A stretch of 32,000 bases of DNA from Microcystis aeruginosa NIES-2549 (lineage in GTDB: Bacteria > Cyanobacteriota > Cyanobacteriia > Cyanobacteriales > Microcystaceae), in contig NZ_CP011304.1 of NCBI RefSeq assembly GCF_000981785.2, positions 3,450,001 to 3,482,000 on the forward strand. Direction: 5' to 3'. The translations under genes were made by a program, and so were the position numbers. Of the stretch, positions 24,937 to 32,000 are shown in pieces; position 1 is the stretch's first letter, and each line of letters starts with the position of its first letter. The notes under the pieces were generated by a model, which worked only from the letters and a program-made list of their open reading frames with translations, was not told the origin of the DNA and searched no databases.

Positions 24937-25725
24937 ATGTACAAATCGATCGCCCTAACCCTCGTCCTCAGTCTTCCCCTGAACTTCTCCCTAGTTGGTT
25001 GGACGGAAGATTTAAACCACCTACAGCAATTATTATCGACCCGAAAATGTCCCCAATGCGATCTGAGCGGTTCAGGGTTAGTGCAATCGAATCTAGTCGG
25101 GGCAAAATTAAATGGGGCCAATCTCGTCGGTGCTAATCTTAGTCAAGCTAATTTAAGTGGGGCGGATCTGAGGGGCGCAAATTTAACTGGAGCCTCTCTT
25201 TTTGGTGCTAATCTGACTGGAGCGAACTTAACTGGCGCAATCTTGACGGGTGCGGATTTAAGAGGCGCTTATCTCAATAATGCTAACCTCGAAAACACTA
25301 AACTAGATACTGCATACGTGCAGGGTGCGGTGGGAATTCCCAGTAGTGCCGGTACTCCTGAACTATTCTACGGACTAGGGATGGTGGAAGGAAAACAGGG
25401 ACGCACCAGTGCCGCCATAGAAAATTTTAATAAGGCCTTGACAATCAACCCAGAATATGCTCCAGCTTATCTGGCCCGGGCCATGGCTCACTATCGTCTG
25501 GGACAAAATGCTCTAGCGGCCCAGGATGCTCAAATGGCTTCGACTCTCTTTCAACGCCAAGGCAATACCCCCGGTTACGAAGCGGCAGAGAATTTTATTA
25601 AAGGCATGGAAATCGCCCTAAAACCGCAAGAACAAGGTGGTGGCAACGCTCAATTAGACCAAATGGTGCAGGGGATTGGTTCTCTGCTCTTACAGTTTGT
25701 TTTACCCGCTTTGGGACTGTTTTAA
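24937..25725 (+). CDS. Pentapeptide-repeat protein with a C-terminal TPR-like region and a signal peptide
   Basis: A long run of A(D/N)LxG pentapeptides is present ([38 protein letters not shown]...). TPR-like helices follow ([31 protein letters not shown]). Confidence 0.8.
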   Translation: MYKSIALTLVLSLPLNFSLVGWTEDLNHLQQLLSTRKCPQCDLSGSGLVQSNLVGAKLNGANLVGANLSQANLSGADLRGANLTGASLFGANLTGANLTGAILTGADLRGAYLNNANLENTKLDTAYVQGAVGIPSSAGTPELFYGLGMVEGKQGRTSAAIENFNKALTINPEYAPAYLARAMAHYRLGQNALAAQDAQMASTLFQRQGNTPGYEAAENFIKGMEIALKPQEQGGGNAQLDQMVQGIGSLLLQFVLPALGLF

Positions 25726-26093
25726 TCCTCGTCCCCCGGTTCTTCTAAATGTTCCGAGACCGCGTAATAAAGGTCAAGAACATGATGATCGGCAAGGCAA
25801 TAAAAGACTCTCCGTCCCTGTTTTTGGTATTTAACTAATCTTAAGGCTCTTAGGGTTCTTAACTGGTGCGATACGGCCGATTCACTCATCCCTAACTCGT
25901 CGGCTAAGTCACAAACACATAATTCTTGTTTGGCTAAAAGCGATAGAATTCTGAGGCGGTTGGCATCCCCCAAAAGGCTGAAAAATTCGGCCATTTTTTG
26001 GGCTTTTTCTAGTTCTAATCCCTGCAAGTGCTGGAATTTCCCCTCTTGGTGATGGGATTCCCCACAAACCGGTGCTATTTTCTCTATGGCCAT
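25722..26093 (-). CDS. smtB: ArsR/SmtB-family metal-sensing repressor
   Basis: [26 protein letters not shown] is the winged-helix with the alpha3 CVC site. [17 protein letters not shown] carries alpha5 site ligands (D/H...H..E). The protein is 123 aa. Confidence 0.85.
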   Translation of the reverse strand: MAIEKIAPVCGESHHQEGKFQHLQGLELEKAQKMAEFFSLLGDANRLRILSLLAKQELCVCDLADELGMSESAVSHQLRTLRALRLVKYQKQGRRVFYCLADHHVLDLYYAVSEHLEEPGDED

Positions 26094-26191
26094 GTTTTTT
26101 CCCGATCAGTTATTAAGGGAAAGTTGAGAAAGGGGGGTATCGATCGAATCTTCAATGCCGATACTTGTCCCTTTCTTCCCAATAACTAAAT

Positions 26192-26356
26192 TTAACCGCA
26201 AATACAGCCCTGGTGTCCACAGCCTTTCCCGTCAACGTGACCATCGGCACAAGCTTGGCAACAGTAGTATTTATCGTTTTTTTTGATGGCATCGGCGATC
26301 GATACTACACAGTCACAGGATTTACAAGCACATTTCATGGTGGTGTCAGCGATCAT
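26192..26356 (-). CDS. smtA: SmtA/BmtA-type bacterial metallothionein (54 aa; below the ORF-track cutoff)
   Basis: My translation of the minus strand is MIADTTMKCACKSCDCVVSIADAIKKNDKYYCCQACADGHVDGKGCGHQGCICG. It matches the Synechococcus SmtA pattern KCAC..C.C.....AI.....YYC..ACADGH..G.KGCGH.GC.C.G. A GAGG-like RBS is present. Confidence 0.85.
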   Translation of the reverse strand: MIADTTMKCACKSCDCVVSIADAIKKNDKYYCCQACADGHVDGKGCGHQGCICG

Positions 26357-26399
26357 GGTTACTACCTCTGAACTTCTTTACTGACTTTAGTATAACATC

Positions 26400-26413
26400 T
26401 GAACAGATGTTCA
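26400..26413 (-). promoter_or_regulatory. Candidate SmtB operator core (TGAACA-N2-TGTTCA) adjoining a TATACT -10 box (26389-26394)
   Basis: The inverted repeat lies 5 nt upstream of the candidate -10 and about 45-55 nt upstream of the smtA ATG. The core resembles the 12-2-12 operators of SmtB/ArsR repressors. Confidence 0.5.
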
Positions 26414-26521
26414 TGGATTGAATAAAGTTAAATTTTTCTAAAACTCAGACAGGAAAGTTAGAGCAGTCATCTCAAGGGTAAGGTGGGAAGTTCTCCTTAA
26501 TGTTTTTAGACGCAGAACGAC

Positions 26522-27094
26522 CTACCAGCGATCGCCAGCCTCATAAATTGCTAAACGTCCGACACCTAGATATAATCCGGGAGAATTCTCACCGGGGGGA
26601 TAAGCAGTGATTCCAAACTGATAGACACCACCATAATCGGGATTTCGTACTGGTTTCAGACCGATGGAAACGGTATTACCGGGGGGGACAGGAGGATCAA
26701 AAATGACCGTAATCGTCTGAGTCTTGGGGTCAAAGGTAGTGGATTTTAGGGTTAATTTTTCGCCTCGCTGATTGCGATCGCCAAGAAAAGCAAAGGTTTG
26801 ATCAACAAGAAAAGCAATAGTTTGAATATTAGGCTGCTGTTGTATGGTTACTTTGGCCAAGGGCGCCCCGAGAGACGGCGGTAGAGCGATGGTAAGATAG
26901 TATTTGGCCCCCCAAGTACGCACGGATTGGAAAGTAGCGAAAAAATTAACCAGAGTAGGAGAGCGCTCAAAAAATATTCTGCCATCGGGAAATTGTCCTG
27001 CGAGGGAAACAGAAGCATCAAAAGCGAGTATAGCAATCAAAGCGAGTTTAGATAGACTTTCAGTCTGTTTTAAGGGTAAAAAAGGGATTTTCAA
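26522..27094 (-). CDS. DUF2808-like cyanobacterial exported protein
   Basis: An N-terminal hydrophobic segment is present. The pattern FFERSPTLV...AKYYLTIALPPSLGAPLAKVTIQQ is what I associate with DUF2808. The protein is 190 aa. Confidence 0.55.
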   Translation of the reverse strand: MKIPFLPLKQTESLSKLALIAILAFDASVSLAGQFPDGRIFFERSPTLVNFFATFQSVRTWGAKYYLTIALPPSLGAPLAKVTIQQQPNIQTIAFLVDQTFAFLGDRNQRGEKLTLKSTTFDPKTQTITVIFDPPVPPGNTVSIGLKPVRNPDYGGVYQFGITAYPPGENSPGLYLGVGRLAIYEAGDRW

Positions 27095-27171
27095 AGCAAA
27101 AGCTACTATAAAATATTGATTGTCAAGGGGAATTATAGCAAATTCACTTAACCCTAAACCTCTGCCATTGT

Positions 27172-27305
27172 CAGTGATCAGGAGTCAGTGATCAGTGATC
27201 AGCTTTTTTCTCCCCACTCCCCCACCCCCAACACCCCACACCCCACACCCCACTTCATAATTTATAATTCATAATTCATAATTCATAATTCATAATTCAT
27301 AATTC
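27172..27305. repeat. Composite STRR cluster: (CAGTGAT)n - (CCCCACA-like)n - (ATAATTC)n
   Basis: Tandem heptamers are read directly at 27172-27202, 27211-27254 and 27255-27305. The cluster lies in the divergent intergenic region between DUF2808 and recF. Confidence 0.85.
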
Positions 27306-27323
27306 CCCAACCCCGAACTTGCA

Positions 27324-28451
27324 ATGTATCTAGAACACCTGCACCTTCACAGTTTTAGAAATTATGCCGAACAGGTGCTAAAATTCGAGTCCAAAAAAAC
27401 AATATTATTGGGCAATAATGCTCAAGGAAAATCCAATTTACTAGAAGCGATCGAACTTTTGGCCACTCTCAAGAGCCATCGAGTCAGCAAGGATCGGGAT
27501 CTGGTGCTAGAATCGGACTCGGAGGCGAGAATTTTTGCTAGGGTTAATCGTCTTTATGGAGCATCAGAATTAAGTTTAATTCTCCGTTCTTCCGGTCGTC
27601 GCACCGTGATCCGTGACCGTCAACCCCTGCGCCGTCATCTCGATTTTTTGGGCGTGATTAATGCGGTACAATTTTCTAGTCTCGATCTGGATTTAGTGCG
27701 CGGTGGTCCGGAAGCTCGCCGAGATTGGTTAGATACTTTATTAATTCAATTAGAACCCCTATACGTTCATATTTTACAGCAATATAATCAGGTTTTACGA
27801 CAAAGAAATGCCCTATTAAAAGAGATTCGTAAACAGGAATTAGAGGGAAAAGTTTATGGAGATTTGTCCCAACTAAAACTCTGGGATTTACAACTAGCAG
27901 AAACCGGTTCAAGAGTTACGAGAAGAAGGGCGCGAGTCCTGCAAAGATTAATTCCTTTAGCCCAAAAATGGCACGAAAGTATTAGCGGAAAAACTGAATA
28001 TCTAGAATTACAATATGTTCCCAATGTGCCTTGGGTAGAAGATGATGTCAATGGGGTACAAAGGGCTTTTTTAGATAAGATTGAAACCCGTCGTTTGGCA
28101 GAGAAACAACTAGGGACATCGGTAGTCGGTCCGCACCGGGATGAAGTGGATTTTTTAATTAACCAAAACCCCGCTAAATCCTACGGTTCCCAAGGACAAC
28201 AAAGAACCTTAGTTTTAGCCTTGAAATTAGCGGAATTACAGTTATTAGAGCAGATTATCGGAGAACCTCCCCTACTACTCCTCGATGATGTTTTAGCGGA
28301 ATTAGATATCGAACGACAAAATCAATTATTAGATGCGATCGAAGACCGTTTTCAAACTTTAATTACCACCACTCATCTCAGTTCTTTTGAGTCTCGCTGG
28401 TTGCAATCTTCCCAGATATTTTCTGTCAAAAAGGGACATATTTTTTATTAG
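27324..28451 (+). CDS. recF: DNA replication and repair protein RecF
   Basis: The N-terminus is LHLHSFRNY. The Walker A motif is GNNAQGKSNLLEAI. The signature SQGQQRTLVLALKLAE and Walker B LLLLDDVLAELD are present. The protein is 375 aa. Confidence 0.9.
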   Translation: MYLEHLHLHSFRNYAEQVLKFESKKTILLGNNAQGKSNLLEAIELLATLKSHRVSKDRDLVLESDSEARIFARVNRLYGASELSLILRSSGRRTVIRDRQPLRRHLDFLGVINAVQFSSLDLDLVRGGPEARRDWLDTLLIQLEPLYVHILQQYNQVLRQRNALLKEIRKQELEGKVYGDLSQLKLWDLQLAETGSRVTRRRARVLQRLIPLAQKWHESISGKTEYLELQYVPNVPWVEDDVNGVQRAFLDKIETRRLAEKQLGTSVVGPHRDEVDFLINQNPAKSYGSQGQQRTLVLALKLAELQLLEQIIGEPPLLLLDDVLAELDIERQNQLLDAIEDRFQTLITTTHLSSFESRWLQSSQIFSVKKGHIFY

Positions 28452-28495
28452 CCTATAGCCTCTCTTTATTTTGCTCTTTGTCTGTATAAACCCAT

Positions 28496-28530
28496 AATAA
28501 TAAAACAGGCTGCAGGCCTGTTTTATTATT
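28496..28530. terminator. Bidirectional hairpin terminator between convergent recF and rpiA
   Basis: AATAATAAAACAGGC (28496-28510) pairs with GCCTGTTTTATTATT (16-30) around a 5-nt loop. The A/T-rich arms give U-tracts on both strands. Confidence 0.7.
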
Positions 28531-28549
28531 AGCTTAAGAATAATTAAGC

Positions 28550-29269
28550 CTACCTAATCTCGCGCACTACCGGCTTACCGTCGATAATTTCACCGACGAG
28601 AATCAGATCAGCAACCCCGACAAATAAACCATTTTCTAAAACCCCCGGCATATTATTAATAGTTCTTTCCAAATCAGCCGGATCATCGATACTATCAAAT
28701 TTAACATCGATAACTAAATTGCCTTGATCTGTCACCACGGGGCCAGCTTTTTTCACTCCCATGCGGAGAGAAGGTTTACCACCGAGGGCCTCTAATTTCA
28801 GCATCACTGGAGTCATGGCCATGGGTAACACTTCCACCGGCAAAAGAAAAGTCGATCCCAACTTATCCACCAGCTTATTGCCATCCACTACCACGACAAA
28901 AATATCGGCGAGACTATCGACAATTTTCTCCTGAGTATGGGCAGCACCGCCGCCTTTAATCAGGTTTTTCTGGGGATCCACCTCATCGGCCCCATCGATA
29001 GCGATATCCATCTTGGCGATGACATCGAGGGTAGTGAGGGGAATTCCGTACTTCCTGGCCAAAACTTGCGCTTGAAAAGAAGTAGGAACCCCGACAATAT
29101 TGCTGATTTCCCCGCTTTGCAGTCTAGCGCCCAGATATTCGAGCGCGTAGGCCGTCGTTGAACCAGTTCCTAATCCCACGACCGAATTAGATTGAACTAG
29201 ATTAGCGGCGGCCTTCCCGACCTCCTGTTTCATGATAATGACCGGATCGATTGCTGTCATGATGCACAT
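28550..29269 (-). CDS. rpiA: Ribose-5-phosphate isomerase A
   Basis: [17 protein letters not shown] and [13 protein letters not shown] motifs are present. The start is ambiguous; the ATG at 29260 (MTAID) is also possible. Confidence 0.9.
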   Translation of the reverse strand: MCIMTAIDPVIIMKQEVGKAAANLVQSNSVVGLGTGSTTAYALEYLGARLQSGEISNIVGVPTSFQAQVLARKYGIPLTTLDVIAKMDIAIDGADEVDPQKNLIKGGGAAHTQEKIVDSLADIFVVVVDGNKLVDKLGSTFLLPVEVLPMAMTPVMLKLEALGGKPSLRMGVKKAGPVVTDQGNLVIDVKFDSIDDPADLERTINNMPGVLENGLFVGVADLILVGEIIDGKPVVREIR

Positions 29270-29332
29270 TCCTAAAAGCGATATTTTGAACCTCTTAGTT
29301 ATCGGCTATCCCTTGCCCTCTTGTCAATGGAA

Positions 29333-29857
29333 TTAGGGATTAGTGGCCTGGGCTGCTAACATTTCCTTGAGTTTAGCCAATTCATTGGCCCAACGGGGAT
29401 CTGGCTGTAAAGCGTCACCATCGCTGGTAACTTTCGGGGCATTATTGCCACCCCGTTCAGCCTTGCGTTTTTTGCCGCTGCCGCCGCCACTGGATTTGCG
29501 CGGTGCTGCCGTCGTCGGTTTCGGAGTTGGTCTTTCGACTTTTTCGGGGGTTTCTACGCTGGCCTCTGGGCCTTCTGCTTCTTCTCCTTCTTCTTTACCT
29601 CCCTTGCTGCGGGGGAGAGCTTTCTCGATTTTGATCGGGTTTTCCATGAAGGATTGACCGTTGTATTTTTCGATAAACTGGTCAGCTAGTTCATCGCTAG
29701 GGACGGTAACGAAGGCAAAACCGCGACATTTGCCAGTTTTGCGATCTTTGATGACTTTAGTGGTAATCGTCTCCCCTTCATCAGCAAAAAGCGCCTGTAA
29801 TTTTTCGCGCTCGACGGATTCTTTGGGCAAATTACCAACGTATAGACGAATGGACAT
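29333..29857 (-). CDS. rbp: RRM-domain RNA-binding protein with a long charged C-terminal extension (cyanobacterial Rbp, Rbp3-like)
   Basis: RNP2 is IRLYVGNL and RNP1 is RGFAFVTV. The start is placed at MSIRLYV (29857) behind a GGAGGA RBS. The C-terminal PDPRWANELAKLKEML motif is present. The listed ORF begins 5 codons earlier. Confidence 0.85.
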   Translation of the reverse strand: MSIRLYVGNLPKESVEREKLQALFADEGETITTKVIKDRKTGKCRGFAFVTVPSDELADQFIEKYNGQSFMENPIKIEKALPRSKGGKEEGEEAEGPEASVETPEKVERPTPKPTTAAPRKSSGGGSGKKRKAERGGNNAPKVTSDGDALQPDPRWANELAKLKEMLAAQATNP

Positions 29858-30329
29858 GATGGATTCCTCCAAGTATAGGTTGATGTAAAAACTTGTGCGA
29901 CATTCCCTGCCTGTATCCTGATTTTTTTAAGGCAAACAGAGCTAAGGAGGATGTTTCCCAGCGATAGGCTTGTAGTTTCTGCACGATAGCGGCTGTGGCC
30001 GTCAATTTCGACTATCCTTAACGATTTCAACGAGAGGGACGGAATCTAGGGGTTACGTTTTTTAGCTGTTAACAGGGCTAATCATTCAACTTACCCGATT
30101 TATGTCGCTCTATTCGATTATTACAGAATGTTTACACAATTTGTCAAATATTTTCTCTCGCTCTGGGCTGTCATGGAAAATATAAGTATAACTACTTAAG
30201 TATTTGTTCACAGTAAGCAAATTTTTATGAAAACTCTTGCTAAATGTATCATTATATGCTTCTTTGCTTTTGGCGCCGGGGTATCCTAGCCAAGAGAAGG
30301 GAAAAAGCAGAACCCTCTCTACAGGTACA

Positions 30330-30358
30330 TTGACACTTTGTCAAGTATTTGTTACATT
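30330..30358 (+). promoter_or_regulatory. Candidate sigma70-type promoter of nblA (-35 TTGACA, 17-bp spacer, -10 TACATT)
   Basis: The hexamers are read directly. The predicted 5' UTR is about 65 nt. The spacer contains the palindrome TGACActtTGTCA. Confidence 0.4.
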
Positions 30359-30429
30359 AGTTAAAAAAGGTGATACCAATCACCCATCTCGCTTGTTATC
30401 AACCACTGTCTTCATCGAGGAGGAACACC

Positions 30430-30630
30430 ATGTCTCAACCGATCGAACTTTCCTTAGAACAACAGTTCAACATTCGTTCTTTTCAGACTCAGGTAGAAAA
30501 AATGAGTCAGGAGCAAGCGCAGGATTTCCTGATCAAGCTCTACGAACAAATGATGGTCAGGGAAAATATGTACAAAGCTTTTCTCAAACACCAGTGGGGT
30601 CTAGATTCTAATCCCTGGGCCCCCCAGTAA
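30430..30630 (+). CDS. nblA: Phycobilisome degradation protein NblA
   Basis: MSQPIELSLEQQFNIRSFQTQVEKMSQEQAQDFLIKLYEQMMVRENMYKAFLKHQWGLD is a near-textbook NblA sequence. A GAGGAGG RBS precedes the ATG at 30430. The listed ORF start (30370) is an upstream in-frame extension. Confidence 0.9.
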   Translation: MSQPIELSLEQQFNIRSFQTQVEKMSQEQAQDFLIKLYEQMMVRENMYKAFLKHQWGLDSNPWAPQ

Positions 30631-30763
30631 CTCATTTCACCCCTGCGGGCGACCTCTTTCTCCGGCTGGGTTTCTGCGGAAACGAGCTAGGGATGCGGGG
30701 CGCATTTCTTCACCTTTTTAGTTATTCTTAGGGAAGAATAACCGAATTGCTAGGGGTTAATTT

Positions 30764-31645
30764 ATGTTCGAGCGCGCTTTGATCTGTACAGATCTTTTCG
30801 ATGGTCTCCATCGTCTTGTCCATTGTGTGCCACACTTAGCCCTGAGCGGCTTAAAACAAGTTATCTTCCTCCACAGTATTCCGGTTTGGGAACAACCCAC
30901 CCTAGCTGCCGTAGATCAAGGAAAAATTGACGCGGCTAAAGAAAAATTATCCCCAGCTTTAGCAAATATTCCCGACGGTATGACAGTTATTGTCGAAATC
31001 TCTAACCGTCGTCCCGTGGATGCCGTGCGGGAAATCCTCGCTCATCACTCTATTGACGTGATTTTGATGGGAAATCCCATGCGCGGTGCTGTCCAAGAAA
31101 AATTATTCGGTAGTACCAGTTTAGCGATCGCAGGTATTACCGATATTCCGCTGCTGATTTTCCGACCGCAATTATTATCAGTTTATACTCACGATGAATT
31201 AGCCCTGCGCTGTCAGCATCTCTGGAAACATTTATTAATTCCCTACGATGGCAGTCCCGACGCGATTTATCTAATTGAACAGATAGAAAAATACGCTCAA
31301 ACTCGCTCCCCTGGCTCTTTTGAGCAATGTCTCCTCGTCCGGGTAGTGGAAAACATCAGTCGCGATCCCAGTGTCACCGAATCTCGTTTAAATGATGCCC
31401 GTCAACAATTAGAATCGGTGCAAGCGCGACTAGAAAAACTCGGTTTGCAAGTACAGAGCCAAGTGCGACAAGGAACACCTGTATTAGAAGTTTTGACGGC
31501 AGCAGAAGAAAATGATATAAGTGCCATCGCAGTGGCTACCTGCCATCGTTCCAATATGTTGGAATGGTTAGCAGTGCGTCGGATTAATGAAGATATTCTT
31601 CATCAACTGTGGTTCCCCTTATTATTTTTCTCCCCCAAGGGATAG
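30764..31645 (+). CDS. Universal stress protein family protein (two Usp-like domains)
   Basis: The size (293 aa) fits two Usp domains. The repeated pattern is a hydrophobic beta-strand, then ...DVILMGNP.RG.....LFGSTS in domain 1 and ISAIAVATCHRSNMLEW in domain 2. This is recognition only. Confidence 0.65.
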   Translation: MFERALICTDLFDGLHRLVHCVPHLALSGLKQVIFLHSIPVWEQPTLAAVDQGKIDAAKEKLSPALANIPDGMTVIVEISNRRPVDAVREILAHHSIDVILMGNPMRGAVQEKLFGSTSLAIAGITDIPLLIFRPQLLSVYTHDELALRCQHLWKHLLIPYDGSPDAIYLIEQIEKYAQTRSPGSFEQCLLVRVVENISRDPSVTESRLNDARQQLESVQARLEKLGLQVQSQVRQGTPVLEVLTAAEENDISAIAVATCHRSNMLEWLAVRRINEDILHQLWFPLLFFSPKG

Positions 31646-31657
31646 ACTGGAAAAAAA

Positions 31658-31751
31658 GGCTCTCTTGGGGAGAAACCACAAAGGCACAAAGGACACAGAG
31701 AGGAAGACAGATTCGATCGCTAAAATCTATCACACAAACGACAAGAGAGCC
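31658..31751 (+). repeat. CACAAAG hairpin element, copy 2
   Basis: GGCTCTCTT (31658-31666) pairs with AAGAGAGCC (31743-31751). The internal blocks are shared with 13813-13957. An A7 run precedes the left arm, giving a U-tract on the minus strand. Confidence 0.55.
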
Positions 31752-31784
31752 GCAAAAATTTGGGGAAAATTAACTTAAGTAAGT

Positions 31785-31942
31785 AGTTATAATTAAATTA
31801 AAAATAGATTTTGCCTCTGATCCCCCCTGCCCCCCCTAGGGTTGATTCATAGTAGGGTTGATTCATAGTAGGGTTGATTCATGAATCAACCCTACCCTTA
31901 ATAAGGGGGGTGTCTGACAACTTTTAAAACCTACCTACTTAA
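31785..31942 (-). mobile_element. MITE-like element, copy C (inverted relative to copy A)
   Basis: The termini are TTAAGTAAGTAG... and ...CTACCTACTTAA. The reverse complement shares both ends with copy A. It contains 3 tandem GTTGATTCATAGTAGG units and a 28-bp perfect palindrome at 31868-31895. Confidence 0.65.
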
Positions 31943-32000
31943 CTGCTCGATTAATCCGACAACTTTAGCCTTAATTTCATCGCGAACTCGGCGAAAAGTT
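31931..32000 (-). CDS. 3' end of an unidentified ORF entering from outside the window (product unknown)
   Basis: The open frame reads ..TFRRVRDEIKAKVVGLIEQLSR-stop. The last 3 codons and the stop lie inside the MITE C terminus. Only 22 codons are visible. Confidence 0.25.
   Translation of the reverse strand, partial: TFRRVRDEIKAKVVGLIEQLSR

Noticed and set aside
29343-30611. Listed ORFs 29343..29657 (+), 29661..29888 (+), 29686..30030 (-) and 30237..30611 (+)
   Set aside because: They are antisense to or overlap the rbp gene, its upstream region or nblA in other frames. Their composition is low-complexity (A/S/P/L-rich). The well-supported genes explain the region.
31587-31778. Listed ORF 31587..31778 (+)
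   Set aside because: It overlaps the usp 3' end out of frame and then reads through the CACAAAG repeat element, so it is an artefact.

Overview
The window looks like chromosomal DNA from a cyanobacterium, most likely Microcystis or a close relative. This is a guess from sequence features only: the HIP1 octamer GCGATCGC recurs throughout (e.g. 650-657, 15312-15319, 18132-18139), heptameric STRR arrays are frequent, GC content appears low to moderate, and nblA, an SLH/OprB porin and DUF2808/DUF4912-type genes are present.

I count about 27 credible protein genes, mostly housekeeping:
- Metabolism and core functions: cbiA/cobB (3' part), a CoA-binding protein, a small GT2, Tat-signal Mn-SOD, thrB, a CrtD-like desaturase, a tandem histidine-phosphatase protein, an AlsS-like acetolactate synthase, rpiA and recF.
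- Envelope, transport and stress: the SLH-OprB porin, a K+ channel, a LolA-like exported protein and a tandem USP protein.
- Regulation and nucleic-acid functions: an SNF2 helicase, an RRM RNA-binding protein, nblA and smtB.
- Poorly characterised families: a DUF4912/Rho_N protein, an SRPBCC protein, a pentapeptide/TPR protein and DUF2808.

The accessory content sits between these genes:
- An IS1-family element (757 bp, 8-bp target duplication) cleanly splits an AraC-family regulator.
- There is a mazEF toxin-antitoxin pair.
- A 54-codon SmtA-type metallothionein gene, too short for the ORF track, lies co-directional with smtB.
- At least three families of small non-autonomous repeat elements occur. 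One is a TTAAGTAGGTAG-ended MITE in three copies. One is a TAAGTA-ended element that carries heptamer arrays, in two copies. One is a GGCTCTCTT-ended CACAAAG hairpin element, in two copies.
- Several composite heptamer (STRR) arrays show a shared module order.

I did not find a convincing novel multi-gene system. The observations most worth follow-up are:
- the repeat-element biology, including elements that appear to supply stop codons or truncate ORFs;
- the smtA-smtB arrangement;
- a secreted protein with perfect 54-bp tandem repeats;
- the IS-inactivated AraC regulator next to an orphan exported protein;
- a structured non-coding stretch ending in a terminator after cbiA.

All family names come from recognising motifs in the translations. 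No searches were possible.
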